Shown: piece by piece, positions 15,871-24,522 of the stretch | Layout of the letters: every line of letters starts with the position of its first letter | How positions within the stretch are numbered: the first letter of the stretch is position 1 | Source of the DNA: Candidatus Limnocylindria bacterium | GTDB taxonomy: Bacteria; Chloroflexota; Limnocylindria; P2-11E | NCBI GenBank assembly: GCA_036569845.1 | Contig: DATCPY010000065.1 | Coordinates: 1-53,652, forward strand | Reading direction: 5' to 3' | DNA length: 53,652 nucleotides | Translations under genes and position numbers: made by a program | Notes under the pieces: generated by a model | Database searches by the model: none | Seen by the model: only the letters and a program-made list of their open reading frames with translations | What the model was told of the DNA's origin: nothing

Positions 15871-16551
15871 TCAGGGCCGTTGGATCGCCGCCAGTACCTT
15901 GTCGAGCGCCTCGCGCACCGACAGCCCGTCGGTCTGGACGACGATCGCGTCCTCGGCAGCTTTCAGCGGCGAGACGGCGCGCTCGGTGTCCAGCTGATCG
16001 CGCCGAAGGATCTCGTGCAGGAGATCCTGCCGCGCGCGCCGCTCCCCGCGCGTCGCGAGCTCCTCTTCCCTCCGGCGCGCGCGCTCGCTCGCCGACGCGG
16101 TGAGGAAGATCTTCCGCTCGGCATGCGGAAGGACGACCGTGCCGATGTCTCGGCCGACCATCACGACACGACCCTGTCCCGCGAGCGCACGCTGTTGCTC
16201 GACCATCGCATCACGCACCCCAGCCACGCGCGCGACCTGCGACACGATGCGGTCGATGTCGGCCGACCGGATGTCCCACGTGACGTCGCTCCCATCGAGC
16301 AGCACGGTGTACGCGCGACCGTCCTGCGTCGTGGGCGGGCCGATCATGATCCGGACCTTCTTCGCTTGCTCCGTCAGCAACTGGGCGTCGTCCGGGTCGA
16401 TCCCGCGCCGCATCGCGGCAAGGGCCACTGCGCGATACATCGCGCCGGTGTCGAGGAAGAGGTACCCAAGACGCTCCGCCACGAGCGCGCCGATCGTGCT
16501 CTTCCCCGCCCCGGCGGGCCCGTCGATCGCGATCGTTCTCGGCGTCGCCAT
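15871..16551 (-). CDS. cmk: Cytidylate kinase
   Basis: Starts at the internal ATG 16551: MATPRTIAIDGPAGAGKSTIGALVAERLGYLFLDTGAMYRAV. The upstream extension in the track ORF is translation of the repeat element. Confidence 0.92.
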   Translation of the reverse strand: MATPRTIAIDGPAGAGKSTIGALVAERLGYLFLDTGAMYRAVALAAMRRGIDPDDAQLLTEQAKKVRIMIGPPTTQDGRAYTVLLDGSDVTWDIRSADIDRIVSQVARVAGVRDAMVEQQRALAGQGRVVMVGRDIGTVVLPHAERKIFLTASASERARRREEELATRGERRARQDLLHEILRRDQLDTERAVSPLKAAEDAIVVQTDGLSVREALDKVLAAIQRP

Positions 16552-17303
16552 TACGTCCTCGTCCTTCGTGCGGCCGGGCCGGGCTTTGCCCGCCCCGGCC
16601 GAGCCCCATTCAAGAGCACGCGGACCTCTTGCTTGGTCAGCTCGCGCCACTTCCCGAGGGGCACCGCGCCGAGTACCTGCGGCCCCATGCGCACGCGGCG
16701 CAGCCGCGTGACGCGCAAGCCGACGGCGGCGCACATCCGCCTCACCTGGCGCTTCCAACCCGTGCGCAGCACCAGCCGCAGCCGGCCCGGCGCGACGAGG
16801 CGTAACCCATAGAGCTTCCCTTCGCCCTCCTCCAGGTGAACGCCGCGGCGCAGCGCAGAGAGCTGGTCGGCCGTCGGCTCCGGCTCCACGTCGACCTCGT
16901 ACTCGCGCTCGTGCCCGAATCGCGGATGAAGCACGCGCTCGGCCCAGGCACCGTCGTTCGTGAGGAGGAGCAGCCCCTCCGAGTCCGCGTCCAGACGACC
17001 GACCGGATAGAGGCGCTCGCGCGCGCCGACGAGCGACACCACCGTGGCGCGGCCGCGCTCGTCGCGCGCGGTCGACACGACGCCGGTCGGCTTGTTCAAC
17101 AGGACGTAGCGATGCGCGACGGCGGTCTCGGCGCGGGCGCCGTCGACCTCGAGTGGCGCGTCCGGCGCCACCTTCTCCCCGATCGCGATGCGCCGACCGC
17201 GGCTGGTCACGCGGCCGGCGGCGATGAGCGCCTCGGCATGACGGCGCGATGCGACGCCGCGTTCCGACAGGAGCTTCTGTGCGCGCGCCGGAGCGACCTT
17301 CAC
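16551..17303 (-). CDS. rluB: Pseudouridine synthase, RsuA/RluB family, with N-terminal S4 domain
   Basis: From GTG 17303 (GTGA overlap with the scpB stop). The S4 domain is KLLSERGVASRRHAEALIAAGRV. The catalytic motif is YPVGRLDADSEGLLLLTNDG. The last approximately 17 aa (NGARPGRAKPGPAARRTRT) are encoded by the hairpin repeat. Confidence 0.88.
   Translation of the reverse strand: MKVAPARAQKLLSERGVASRRHAEALIAAGRVTSRGRRIAIGEKVAPDAPLEVDGARAETAVAHRYVLLNKPTGVVSTARDERGRATVVSLVGARERLYPVGRLDADSEGLLLLTNDGAWAERVLHPRFGHEREYEVDVEPEPTADQLSALRRGVHLEEGEGKLYGLRLVAPGRLRLVLRTGWKRQVRRMCAAVGLRVTRLRRVRMGPQVLGAVPLGKWRELTKQEVRVLLNGARPGRAKPGPAARRTRT
16554..16613. repeat. GC-rich REP-like hairpin element, copy 2 (rluB 3-prime end / cmk junction)
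   Basis: CGTCCTCGTCCTTCGTGCGGCCGGGCCGGGCTTTGCCCGCCCCGGCCGAGCCCCATTCAA. It contains a 13-bp imperfect stem (16571-16583 / 16589-16601). 56/60 positions are identical to copy 1. Confidence 0.8.
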
Positions 17304-17839
17304 TGGCTCCTCACCGCGTCGTCGCTGCGCACGCCCTCCGGCGTCAAGACCGATGGGAGCGCGTCGAGCGAGGTCAACCCGAAGCACTCGAGGAACTCCC
17401 AGGTCGTGCCGTACTCGAACGGACTGCCCGGCGCCTCGCGCCGCCCCAGCTCCTCGATGAGCCGGCGGGACATGAGCGTGTAGATCGTCTGGTCGCAATT
17501 CACGCCGCGGATCGATTCGACCTCCGCCCGCGTCGCCGGTTGGCGATATGCGACGACGGCGAGGGTCTCGAGCGCGGCCGACGAGAGCCGCAGCCGGTCC
17601 GCGCCCAGGTACGCCGACACGAATGGGGCCATCTCCGGCGCGGTGACGATCTGCCAGTCATCGCCCTCGTGCTGCAGCCGCAGTCCCGTGCCGCGGTACC
17701 ACTCCTCGAGCTCCGCGAGCGCTTCGGCGACGGCCTTGTTCCCCGCGCCGATCGTTTTCGCGAGCTCGGCGCGGCTCACCGGCTTCTCCGCCACGAAGAG
17801 CACGGCCTCGACGCCGGCGGCGGTCGCGGAGCGCGTCAT
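17300..17839 (-). CDS. scpB: Segregation and condensation protein B
   Basis: VEAVLFVAEKPVSRAELAK...LETLAVVAYRQPATRAEVESIRGV is an ScpB winged-helix repeat. ATGA overlap with scpA. Confidence 0.9.
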   Translation of the reverse strand: MTRSATAAGVEAVLFVAEKPVSRAELAKTIGAGNKAVAEALAELEEWYRGTGLRLQHEGDDWQIVTAPEMAPFVSAYLGADRLRLSSAALETLAVVAYRQPATRAEVESIRGVNCDQTIYTLMSRRLIEELGRREAPGSPFEYGTTWEFLECFGLTSLDALPSVLTPEGVRSDDAVRSQ

Positions 17840-18573
17840 TCGGAAATCCCCTCCATCCGTCGGACCTTTCGTTCGATGCGGATCTCGCCGAACAGCTCGT
17901 CCTGCGTGATGTCGATGACCAAGCGGCGATACAGGTCCAGCAGCGCGATGAACGTCACGATCGCGTACCCCAGGGTCGGCCGCTCACCGAGGAGCGTACC
18001 GAAGGTCATCGCCGGCTGTTCCGCGATGAGCGCCTCGATCTCCGCGGTGCGCTGCTCGACGGAATAGCGCTCGCCCGGGACCTCGACCTCCTCTTCGCTT
18101 CGTCGCGTGATCGCGAGCACCTTCAGCCACGCTGCGGCGAGCGCATCGGGATCGCCGCCCTTCGGCGGCAGGTCGACGGTCCCGCCCTCGCGGTGGAAGA
18201 CGCGCTCCCCGGCGCGCATCCGATCGCCGAGCGCTTCCGCCCGGCCCTTCGTCGTGGCGTATTCGATCAGCCGCAGCCGCAGCTCTTCCTCGGTGTCGGC
18301 CTCGTCGTCGTCCGTCGCGGGGCTGAGTGACGGCAGCAGGCTCCGCGCTTTCAGCAGCACGAGGCGCGACGCGATGTAGAGGAACGCGGAGACTTCATCG
18401 GCGGGAAGCGTGGCCATCGCCCGGACGCGCGCCAGATACCCGTCGGCGAGGTCGCCCAGGCGGACGCTGAACACATCGAGCTTCTTCTCCTCGATGAGCT
18501 CGAGCAGCAGGTCGAGCGGTCCCTCGAAGCCGGCAACGCTCACATCCGGAGGCCGGGGTCCCACGGGCATCAC
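17836..18573 (-). CDS. scpA: Segregation and condensation protein A (kleisin)
   Basis: FEGPLDLLLELIEEKKLDVFSVRLGDLADGYL is the ScpA N-terminal signature. The start is GTG 18573 or ATG 18570. Confidence 0.9.
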   Translation of the reverse strand: MMPVGPRPPDVSVAGFEGPLDLLLELIEEKKLDVFSVRLGDLADGYLARVRAMATLPADEVSAFLYIASRLVLLKARSLLPSLSPATDDDEADTEEELRLRLIEYATTKGRAEALGDRMRAGERVFHREGGTVDLPPKGGDPDALAAAWLKVLAITRRSEEEVEVPGERYSVEQRTAEIEALIAEQPAMTFGTLLGERPTLGYAIVTFIALLDLYRRLVIDITQDELFGEIRIERKVRRMEGISE

Positions 18574-18974
18574 GGCAGCGCCTCGTGATCCGCCAGCGCG
18601 AGCAGCCGCGCGTCATCGTCACGCGGCGGGCTGTGGTGGCCGGCGATCAGGAAGACGACGCGATCGGATGCGCCCAGACTGCGGGCTTCCAGGGCGCCGA
18701 GCCGAGCGTGGTCCAGGTACCGCGCGAACGTCGAATCCCCTCGAGCGAGCTCGCGCCGCACCCGCGGCGCGCTCCACGCCAGCAGCACGCCGGCGACGCG
18801 ATGCCAGAGCTGCGTGCTCGCGGGCTTCGCGACGTCGTGCAGCAGCCCGGCGGTGATCAGCTCCTCGTCCGCGCCGAGCGCGCGAAGGATCTCCGCCGTC
18901 CGCTCCGCGTGGCGGGCGTCGGCCGATGCGCCAGCGGCGGCGACCCGCAGTGTCTGCCGCGCGCGATCCATCAT
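18570..18974 (-). CDS. HD-domain phosphohydrolase
   Basis: Contains HAERTAEIL...AGLLHDVAKP...IAGHH. The start was placed at ATG 18974 (ATGA overlap with the M50 protease stop) rather than the track start at 19013. Confidence 0.7.
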   Translation of the reverse strand: MMDRARQTLRVAAAGASADARHAERTAEILRALGADEELITAGLLHDVAKPASTQLWHRVAGVLLAWSAPRVRRELARGDSTFARYLDHARLGALEARSLGASDRVVFLIAGHHSPPRDDDARLLALADHEALP

Positions 18975-19702
18975 CGGAAGAAGCCTGGACCGAGGAAGAG
19001 CGACTCGAGCCATTGCGCGGGCACGATGACGATCGTCGAGAGGAACCGCCCGCCGAACAGCAGCAACGCGATCAAGATCATCGGCCCATACGCCTGGACC
19101 TGACGCCAGGAGTACTGCTGTCGCGGGGGCAGCAGGCCGTACACCACGTTCGATCCGTCGAGCGGCGGGATCGGCAAGAGGTTGAATACCGCGAGCAGGC
19201 AGTTGATGCCAACGACCGTCAAGAGGAACCGCTCATATTCGAATCCCATCGCCGACGCCACACCGAAACGCAACGGAAGCGCGAATGCCGCTGCCAGCGC
19301 CACGTTCGTGAGCGGCCCTGCCCCCGCGACGATCGCCACGCCAAAAGCGCCGCGAAGGCGCGCTTCGTTGAACGGCACGGGCTTTCCGTAGCCGAATCTG
19401 AACAAGATGATCATCAGGGTGCCGAAGATGTCGAAGTGAGCCAGTGGATTGAGCGTCAGGCGGCCCATGAGCCGAGCGGTGTCGTCCCCAAGCCGAGTGG
19501 CCGCGTACGCGTGCATGAACTCGTGGACCGTGATCGAGAGCAGGATCGCGACGACGAAGTCGACGAAACCGATCGGGTCCCGGCCGGCGTTCTGGATCGG
19601 GCTCTGAAGGCTGCCGGTGAGGAAATAGACCACGAGCAGGACGAGCGACAGGAGGAGCATCGGGTTGCCGCTGCCGGGGCCTCGGTATCCACGCGCTATC
19701 AC
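18971..19702 (-). CDS. Site-2 protease family (M50) membrane zinc metalloprotease
   Basis: Contains HEFMHAYAA (HExxH) and NLLPIPPLDGS (NxxPxxxLDG). Multiple TM segments. Confidence 0.85.
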   Translation of the reverse strand: MIARGYRGPGSGNPMLLLSLVLLVVYFLTGSLQSPIQNAGRDPIGFVDFVVAILLSITVHEFMHAYAATRLGDDTARLMGRLTLNPLAHFDIFGTLMIILFRFGYGKPVPFNEARLRGAFGVAIVAGAGPLTNVALAAAFALPLRFGVASAMGFEYERFLLTVVGINCLLAVFNLLPIPPLDGSNVVYGLLPPRQQYSWRQVQAYGPMILIALLLFGGRFLSTIVIVPAQWLESLFLGPGFFR

Positions 19703-19849
19703 TTTGTCGAGTCTATGGGCGCGGACGACCGCGTCGTTGACCGAACGTTGACGTTTCCCGATACCGCGCGGCGACGACAGCGAGCTTCGAGCCCGTTCAA
19801 ATCGGCGTACTCGATCCGGCGTGGTGGTGGATGGCGTGGGAGGTTCGCG

Positions 19850-20314
19850 ATGAAGCGCAGCCTGGCGACGGCGATCCTGCTTTCGGCGTCGATGCTCCTG
19901 TCAGGACAGCTCGCCCTCGCCGGCGAGAAATGGTGCGAAGAGGATCCGGTCCTCACGATCGACGGCCGGACCGTCGACTACACGGCGTCGTTCCCCTCGG
20001 CGAATCTGAGCGGGACGACCGTGAACTGGACCTTCCACATCCCGTCGAACGTCCTCATCGCGACCGCGATCACGCCCCCGGCGGTCGGCTCGCCGACGAT
20101 CCCGTCAACGGTGACGATCATCCGTGACCAGCCGGCCTACCTGCTGCTCTCCGACGCGATCGTTTCCGCCAACGTCCTGTACGCGGCGAGCAGCTCATTC
20201 TCGACGAGCACCGCGGTCCAGGGATTGAACAGCTCGTGGAGCGCGTACTCCGGGAGGTCGAACAAGAAGCAGACGATCTCGACGAGCTACAGCACGCTGC
20301 CGCTCCTCTACTAG
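19850..20314 (+). CDS. Small secreted Ser/Thr-rich protein of unknown function
   Basis: ATG at 19850 is preceded by GGGAGG. The signal peptide is MKRSLATAILLSASMLLSGQLALA. Third-position GC is high. I recognise no family. The upstream part of track ORF 18926..20314 is antisense to the M50 gene. Confidence 0.6.
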   Translation: MKRSLATAILLSASMLLSGQLALAGEKWCEEDPVLTIDGRTVDYTASFPSANLSGTTVNWTFHIPSNVLIATAITPPAVGSPTIPSTVTIIRDQPAYLLLSDAIVSANVLYAASSSFSTSTAVQGLNSSWSAYSGRSNKKQTISTSYSTLPLLY

Positions 20315-20316
20315 CG

Positions 20317-21561
20317 ATGCGCACGCTGCGGCTCCCCCTTCGGCTATACGTCGCGGGCGTCATCGCCGCAGGGAGCGCCGCCCTGGCGCTCGGCACGCTC
20401 GTCCTCCGGCCGGAGGCGGGCGACGTCGGCGTCGCGGCCGTGCTCCTCCTCCTCGCGACCATCGCGCAGCTGCGACCGGTACACCTCACCCAGAAGACCA
20501 AGGTGACGGTCGAGGACGCCGCCACTTTCGCGGCCGCGCTGCTCCTCGACCCGGCGCTGGCCATGCTCGTGGCCGGCGCCAGCACGGCGATCGCGAGCCT
20601 GCGCAGGCGACAGAGCTGGTACAACCGCGCCTTCAACACGTCGGCGGTCGTCCTGGACACCGGCGCGGCCGCGGTCGCGTTCACCGTCCTTGCCGGCGGC
20701 GCCGGTCCGTCCCTTGCGACGCTGCCGGCCATCGCCGCGGCAGCGATCTTGAAGTTCGGCCTCAACTCGACGGTCGTCGACGTTGCGGTCGCGTTGCAGC
20801 TCCGCCGAAGGCCACTCGCGAAGTGGTGGGCTCGCCACCGCCGGGACACGGCGCAGCTGCTGTCGCTGTACGTCATCGGCGCGATCGGCGCCGTCGCGGC
20901 GACCGACTCTCCGCTGACGCTGGCCCTCTTCGTCGCACCGTCCGCCCTGGTGCTCCTCGCGCTGCGCAACATCGCCCGCATCGAGGCCCGGACCAAGCAG
21001 GCGGCTCACGCGCTCGCGCGACTCATCGAGCAGCGCGACCGCTACACCTACGGTCATTCGCAGCGCGTCGCCGACTACGCCGAGCGGCTCGCCCGCGCCA
21101 TGCGCATGGACCAGGTGCAGATCGACCTGATCCGCGAGGCCGCGTTCCTCCACGACATCGGGAAGATCACCACCCCTGACGGCGTGCTCCTCAAACCGGG
21201 CGCGCTCGACGCGTGCGAGCAGGAGGTCATGCACGCCCACGCGGAGCAGGGCTACACGCTCCTCGAGAAGCTGCCCGCGTTCTGGGAAGGCGCCGACTTC
21301 GTCCGCTCGCACCACGAGCGCGTCGATGGCACCGGGTACCCGCGCGGGCTACGGGGGTGGGAGGTCCCGCTCGAGGTCTCGGTGATCGCGGTGGCGGACA
21401 GCTATGACGCCATGACGACCGATCGGGTCTACCGGAAGGCGCTTCCCTGGCCCGTCGTGCGGGCCGAGCTCCTCCGCGAGCGAGACCGGCAGTGGCACGC
21501 GGCGGTGGTGGACGCGTTCCTCGCGATGATCGACGGCGAGCGGACCGAGGCCGCCGCCTAG
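20317..21561 (+). CDS. Membrane-anchored HD-GYP domain phosphodiesterase
   Basis: The internal ATG 20317 lies 2 nt after the upstream stop. The N-terminal approximately 220 aa are polytopic and hydrophobic. The C-terminal part is HSQRVADYA...FLHDIGKI...SHHERVDGTGYPRGL (HD and GYP motifs). Confidence 0.88.
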   Translation: MRTLRLPLRLYVAGVIAAGSAALALGTLVLRPEAGDVGVAAVLLLLATIAQLRPVHLTQKTKVTVEDAATFAAALLLDPALAMLVAGASTAIASLRRRQSWYNRAFNTSAVVLDTGAAAVAFTVLAGGAGPSLATLPAIAAAAILKFGLNSTVVDVAVALQLRRRPLAKWWARHRRDTAQLLSLYVIGAIGAVAATDSPLTLALFVAPSALVLLALRNIARIEARTKQAAHALARLIEQRDRYTYGHSQRVADYAERLARAMRMDQVQIDLIREAAFLHDIGKITTPDGVLLKPGALDACEQEVMHAHAEQGYTLLEKLPAFWEGADFVRSHHERVDGTGYPRGLRGWEVPLEVSVIAVADSYDAMTTDRVYRKALPWPVVRAELLRERDRQWHAAVVDAFLAMIDGERTEAAA

Positions 21562-22862
21562 CCTGCCACCCGTGCGAGCACGAGCTTGCGTGGCGTGACC
21601 GGCCGCGCGCTCCAGGCGAACGCGTTGCGCACCTGCTCGATGGCGGCGGTGTCCGTCGGCTTTCCGGCGTGATGCACCTCGGCGTACACGGCTCCGCGCT
21701 CGACGCGGTCCCCGACCTTCGCCCGCAGGACGATCCCGGTGCGGTGGTCGATCGGCTCACCCTTCTTCTCGCGGCCCGCCCCCAGCCGGACCGACGCGAT
21801 GCCCACTTCGTCCGCCGCAATGCGCCGCACGTACCCGGTGCGCGTCGCGCGCAGCGTCTCGACGTGCGGCGCGGCCGGCAGCCGGCCAGGGTCGTCGACC
21901 ATCCGGGCGTCGCCACCCTGTGCGGCGACGAGCTCGCGAAATTTCGCGAGGCCGCTGCCATCGGCGATCGCGCGGTCGATGCGTCGCACCGCCGCGGCAC
22001 GGTCGCGTGCCTTTCCGCCGAGGATGAGCATCTCGGCGCCCGCGAGGCGAGTGAGGGCCAGGAGGTCGGGCGGCCCTTCGCCGCGGAGCGTCGCAATGGC
22101 CTCGGCGACCTCGAGGCTGTTCCCCACGGCGCGGCCGAGCGGCTGCTCCATGTCGGTGAGCTCGCAGGCCACTCGCAGGCCGTGGGCCTTCCCGATCGCG
22201 ACCATCGTGCGGGCGAGCGATCGAGCCTCGGGGAGCCGCTTCATGAACGCGCCGCTTCCGACCTTCACGTCGAGGACAACGGCGTTCGCGCCCGCGGCGA
22301 TCTTCTTCGACATGATGCTCGAGGCGATGAGCGGGATCGAGGCCACCGTCCCGGTCGTGTCCCGCAGCCCGTAGAGCTTGCCGTCCGCCGGTGCGAGATC
22401 AGCGGTCTGGCCGGTGAGGACGATGCCGATGCGCTCGAGCTGCGTGAGGAATTCGGCTGTCGACAGATCGACGCGGTAGCCGGCGATCGATTCGAGCTTG
22501 TCCAGCGTGCCGCCGGAGAAGCCAAGTCCGCGCCCGCTCATCTTCGCGACCGGCAGGCCGCAGGCCGCGACGAGCGGGGCAACGACGAGCGTCGTCTTAT
22601 CGCCGACGCCGCCGGTGGAATGCTTGTCGACCACCCGTCCGAAGCGCCGGAGATCGAGCCGCTCGCCGCTGGCCACCATCGCGGCGGTCAGGTCGGCGGT
22701 CTCGCGAATGTCCATCCCTCGCCAGACCACCGCCATGCAGAACGCGGCCATCTGGTAGTCCGGGATCTCGTCCTTGGTGTAGCCCTCGACGAGGAAGGCG
22801 ATCTCCGCGCCGGAGAGCGCTCCGCCGTCGCGCTTCTTCTCGATCAGGTCGACCGTCCGCAT
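21558..22862 (-). CDS. pdp: Thymidine / pyrimidine-nucleoside phosphorylase
   Basis: From ATG 22862: MRTVDLIEKKRDGGALSGAEIAFLV...HSTGGVGDKT...SGRGLGFSGGTLDKLE. Confidence 0.92.
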   Translation of the reverse strand: MRTVDLIEKKRDGGALSGAEIAFLVEGYTKDEIPDYQMAAFCMAVVWRGMDIRETADLTAAMVASGERLDLRRFGRVVDKHSTGGVGDKTTLVVAPLVAACGLPVAKMSGRGLGFSGGTLDKLESIAGYRVDLSTAEFLTQLERIGIVLTGQTADLAPADGKLYGLRDTTGTVASIPLIASSIMSKKIAAGANAVVLDVKVGSGAFMKRLPEARSLARTMVAIGKAHGLRVACELTDMEQPLGRAVGNSLEVAEAIATLRGEGPPDLLALTRLAGAEMLILGGKARDRAAAVRRIDRAIADGSGLAKFRELVAAQGGDARMVDDPGRLPAAPHVETLRATRTGYVRRIAADEVGIASVRLGAGREKKGEPIDHRTGIVLRAKVGDRVERGAVYAEVHHAGKPTDTAAIEQVRNAFAWSARPVTPRKLVLARVAG

Positions 22863-22864
22863 CG

Positions 22865-23689
22865 TCAGAGCTTCGCGACCACGCCCTTGACGAGCGCCCC
22901 GAGCCGCGCGCCCGCGCGCTCCGCGACCGCGATGACCTGCTCTCCGGTCACGTGCTCGATCTGGCCGGGAATACCGGTGGCCATGTCGGTGACGGTCGCG
23001 ATCGCGAGGATCCGCATCCCGAGGTGGCGCGCGGCGATCACTTCGGGCACGGTGCTCATCCCGACGGCATCGGCACCGAACCCCCGGAGCATCCGAAGCT
23101 CGGCGGGCGTCTCGAAGTTCGGACCTGACACGCCGACGTAGATCCCCTCGCGCAGGTCCGGGTCGACGGTCTTCGCGATCGCGCGCAGCTCCTCGGTGTA
23201 CGTGCCGACCATGTCCGGGAAGCGCGGACCCAGCTTCTCGTCGTTCGGCCCGCGCAACGGATTCGCGGGCATGAAGTTGATGTGGTCTTCGATCAGCATG
23301 AGGTCGCCGGCTTTGAACTTCGGATTCAAGCCGCCGCATGCGTTCGTCAGGATGAGGGTGTCGATCCCCCAGGCTTTGAATACGCGCACCGGGAACGCGA
23401 CCGCCGCCATGTCATAGCCCTCGTAGTAGTGGAGGCGCCCCTTCATCACCGCGACAGTCGTGCCGGCCAGGGTGCCGACGACGAGCTCCCCCGAATGCCC
23501 CGGCGCGGTGCTGCGCTCCCAGCCCGGGATGTCGGCGTATGGGATGCGCACGCTCTCGGATACGTCGTCGGCGAGCCGTCCCAATCCGGAGCCGAGGACG
23601 ATCGCGACGCGCGGCTGGACCGCGGTCCGGGCGCGGATCGCCGCGACCGCGGCCTGCGGATCGAGGGCCGCCGGGGGTGGCTGCGCCAT
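22865..23689 (-). CDS. punA: Purine nucleoside phosphorylase (PunA/PNP family I, trimeric type)
   Basis: From ATG 23689 (ATGA overlap with nadK): VAIVLGSGLG...PGHSGELVVG...GRLHYYEGY...TNACGGLN...GVSGPNFETPAE. Confidence 0.9.
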   Translation of the reverse strand: MAQPPPAALDPQAAVAAIRARTAVQPRVAIVLGSGLGRLADDVSESVRIPYADIPGWERSTAPGHSGELVVGTLAGTTVAVMKGRLHYYEGYDMAAVAFPVRVFKAWGIDTLILTNACGGLNPKFKAGDLMLIEDHINFMPANPLRGPNDEKLGPRFPDMVGTYTEELRAIAKTVDPDLREGIYVGVSGPNFETPAELRMLRGFGADAVGMSTVPEVIAARHLGMRILAIATVTDMATGIPGQIEHVTGEQVIAVAERAGARLGALVKGVVAKL

Positions 23690-24522
23690 CACGAGGGCCC
23701 ACCCTCTTCCTTGAGGATCTTCTTCCGGAGGAGCGTCAGGAACGGTCGCATCGTCGCGGTCCGGACGAAACGCGCGACCGGCTTCGCCCGCCGCACCTCG
23801 ATCCGATCGCCGACATGGAGGTCGTGCTCCTCCTGGCCGTCGAGCGAGAGCCGCGCTGGCTCGTCTTGGACCTCGAGCCCGATCGTCTGATCCACGTCGA
23901 GGACGACCGCGTTCGGGAACGAGAGGTGCGGCGCGATCGGCACGATCATGATCGCGCGCGACGACGGGATGATCAGCGGGCCGCCGACGGACATGCCGTA
24001 CGCGGTGCTGCCGGTGGCCGTCGCGACGATGAGCCCGTCGGCCCAGTAGACCGTGAACGGCGCTCCGTCGATCGTCACCTCGATGTGGATCGAGCGCACC
24101 TCGCGGCCGCGCGCTACGACGACGTCGTTCAACGCGAGCGCCTCGAGATCCGCGGCACCCTTCCGCAGTACGCGCGCCTCGAGCAGGGTGCGTTCCTCGA
24201 TCGTGCACCGTCCGGCCGCGAGCTCCGCGATGAACCCGTCGAGCTCCGGCAGCGATCCGCCCGCGAGGAAGCCGAGGCGGCCGAGGTTCACGCCGAGGAT
24301 GGGGATGGCGAGCGGCGCCAGCGCACGGGCAGCACGCAGCATCGTCCCATCGCCACCGAAGACGATCGCTGCTTCGGCGCCCGCGACCTCTGTGGCAAGA
24401 GCGGTCGAGTCGAGCCTCACCAGGGCGACCTCGTGACCCTTCGCGCGAGCCCGCGTCGCGGCGTCGCGGGCGGCGTCGAGCGCGACGTTCCAGTCGGGCC
24501 GGACCGCGAAGGCGAGCTTCAT
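23689..24522 (-). CDS. nadK: NAD kinase
   Basis: Contains FGGDGTMLRAAR, NLGRLGFL and ATATGSTAY motifs. Confidence 0.9.
   Translation of the reverse strand: MKLAFAVRPDWNVALDAARDAATRARAKGHEVALVRLDSTALATEVAGAEAAIVFGGDGTMLRAARALAPLAIPILGVNLGRLGFLAGGSLPELDGFIAELAAGRCTIEERTLLEARVLRKGAADLEALALNDVVVARGREVRSIHIEVTIDGAPFTVYWADGLIVATATGSTAYGMSVGGPLIIPSSRAIMIVPIAPHLSFPNAVVLDVDQTIGLEVQDEPARLSLDGQEEHDLHVGDRIEVRRAKPVARFVRTATMRPFLTLLRKKILKEEGGPS

Noticed and set aside
19703-19849. Possible small RNA or promoter motifs (TTGACC/TTGACG) in the M50 / secreted-protein divergent spacer
   Set aside because: Only weak 5-bp stems and -35-like hexamers without convincing -10 partners are present. I cannot support a call from sequence alone.
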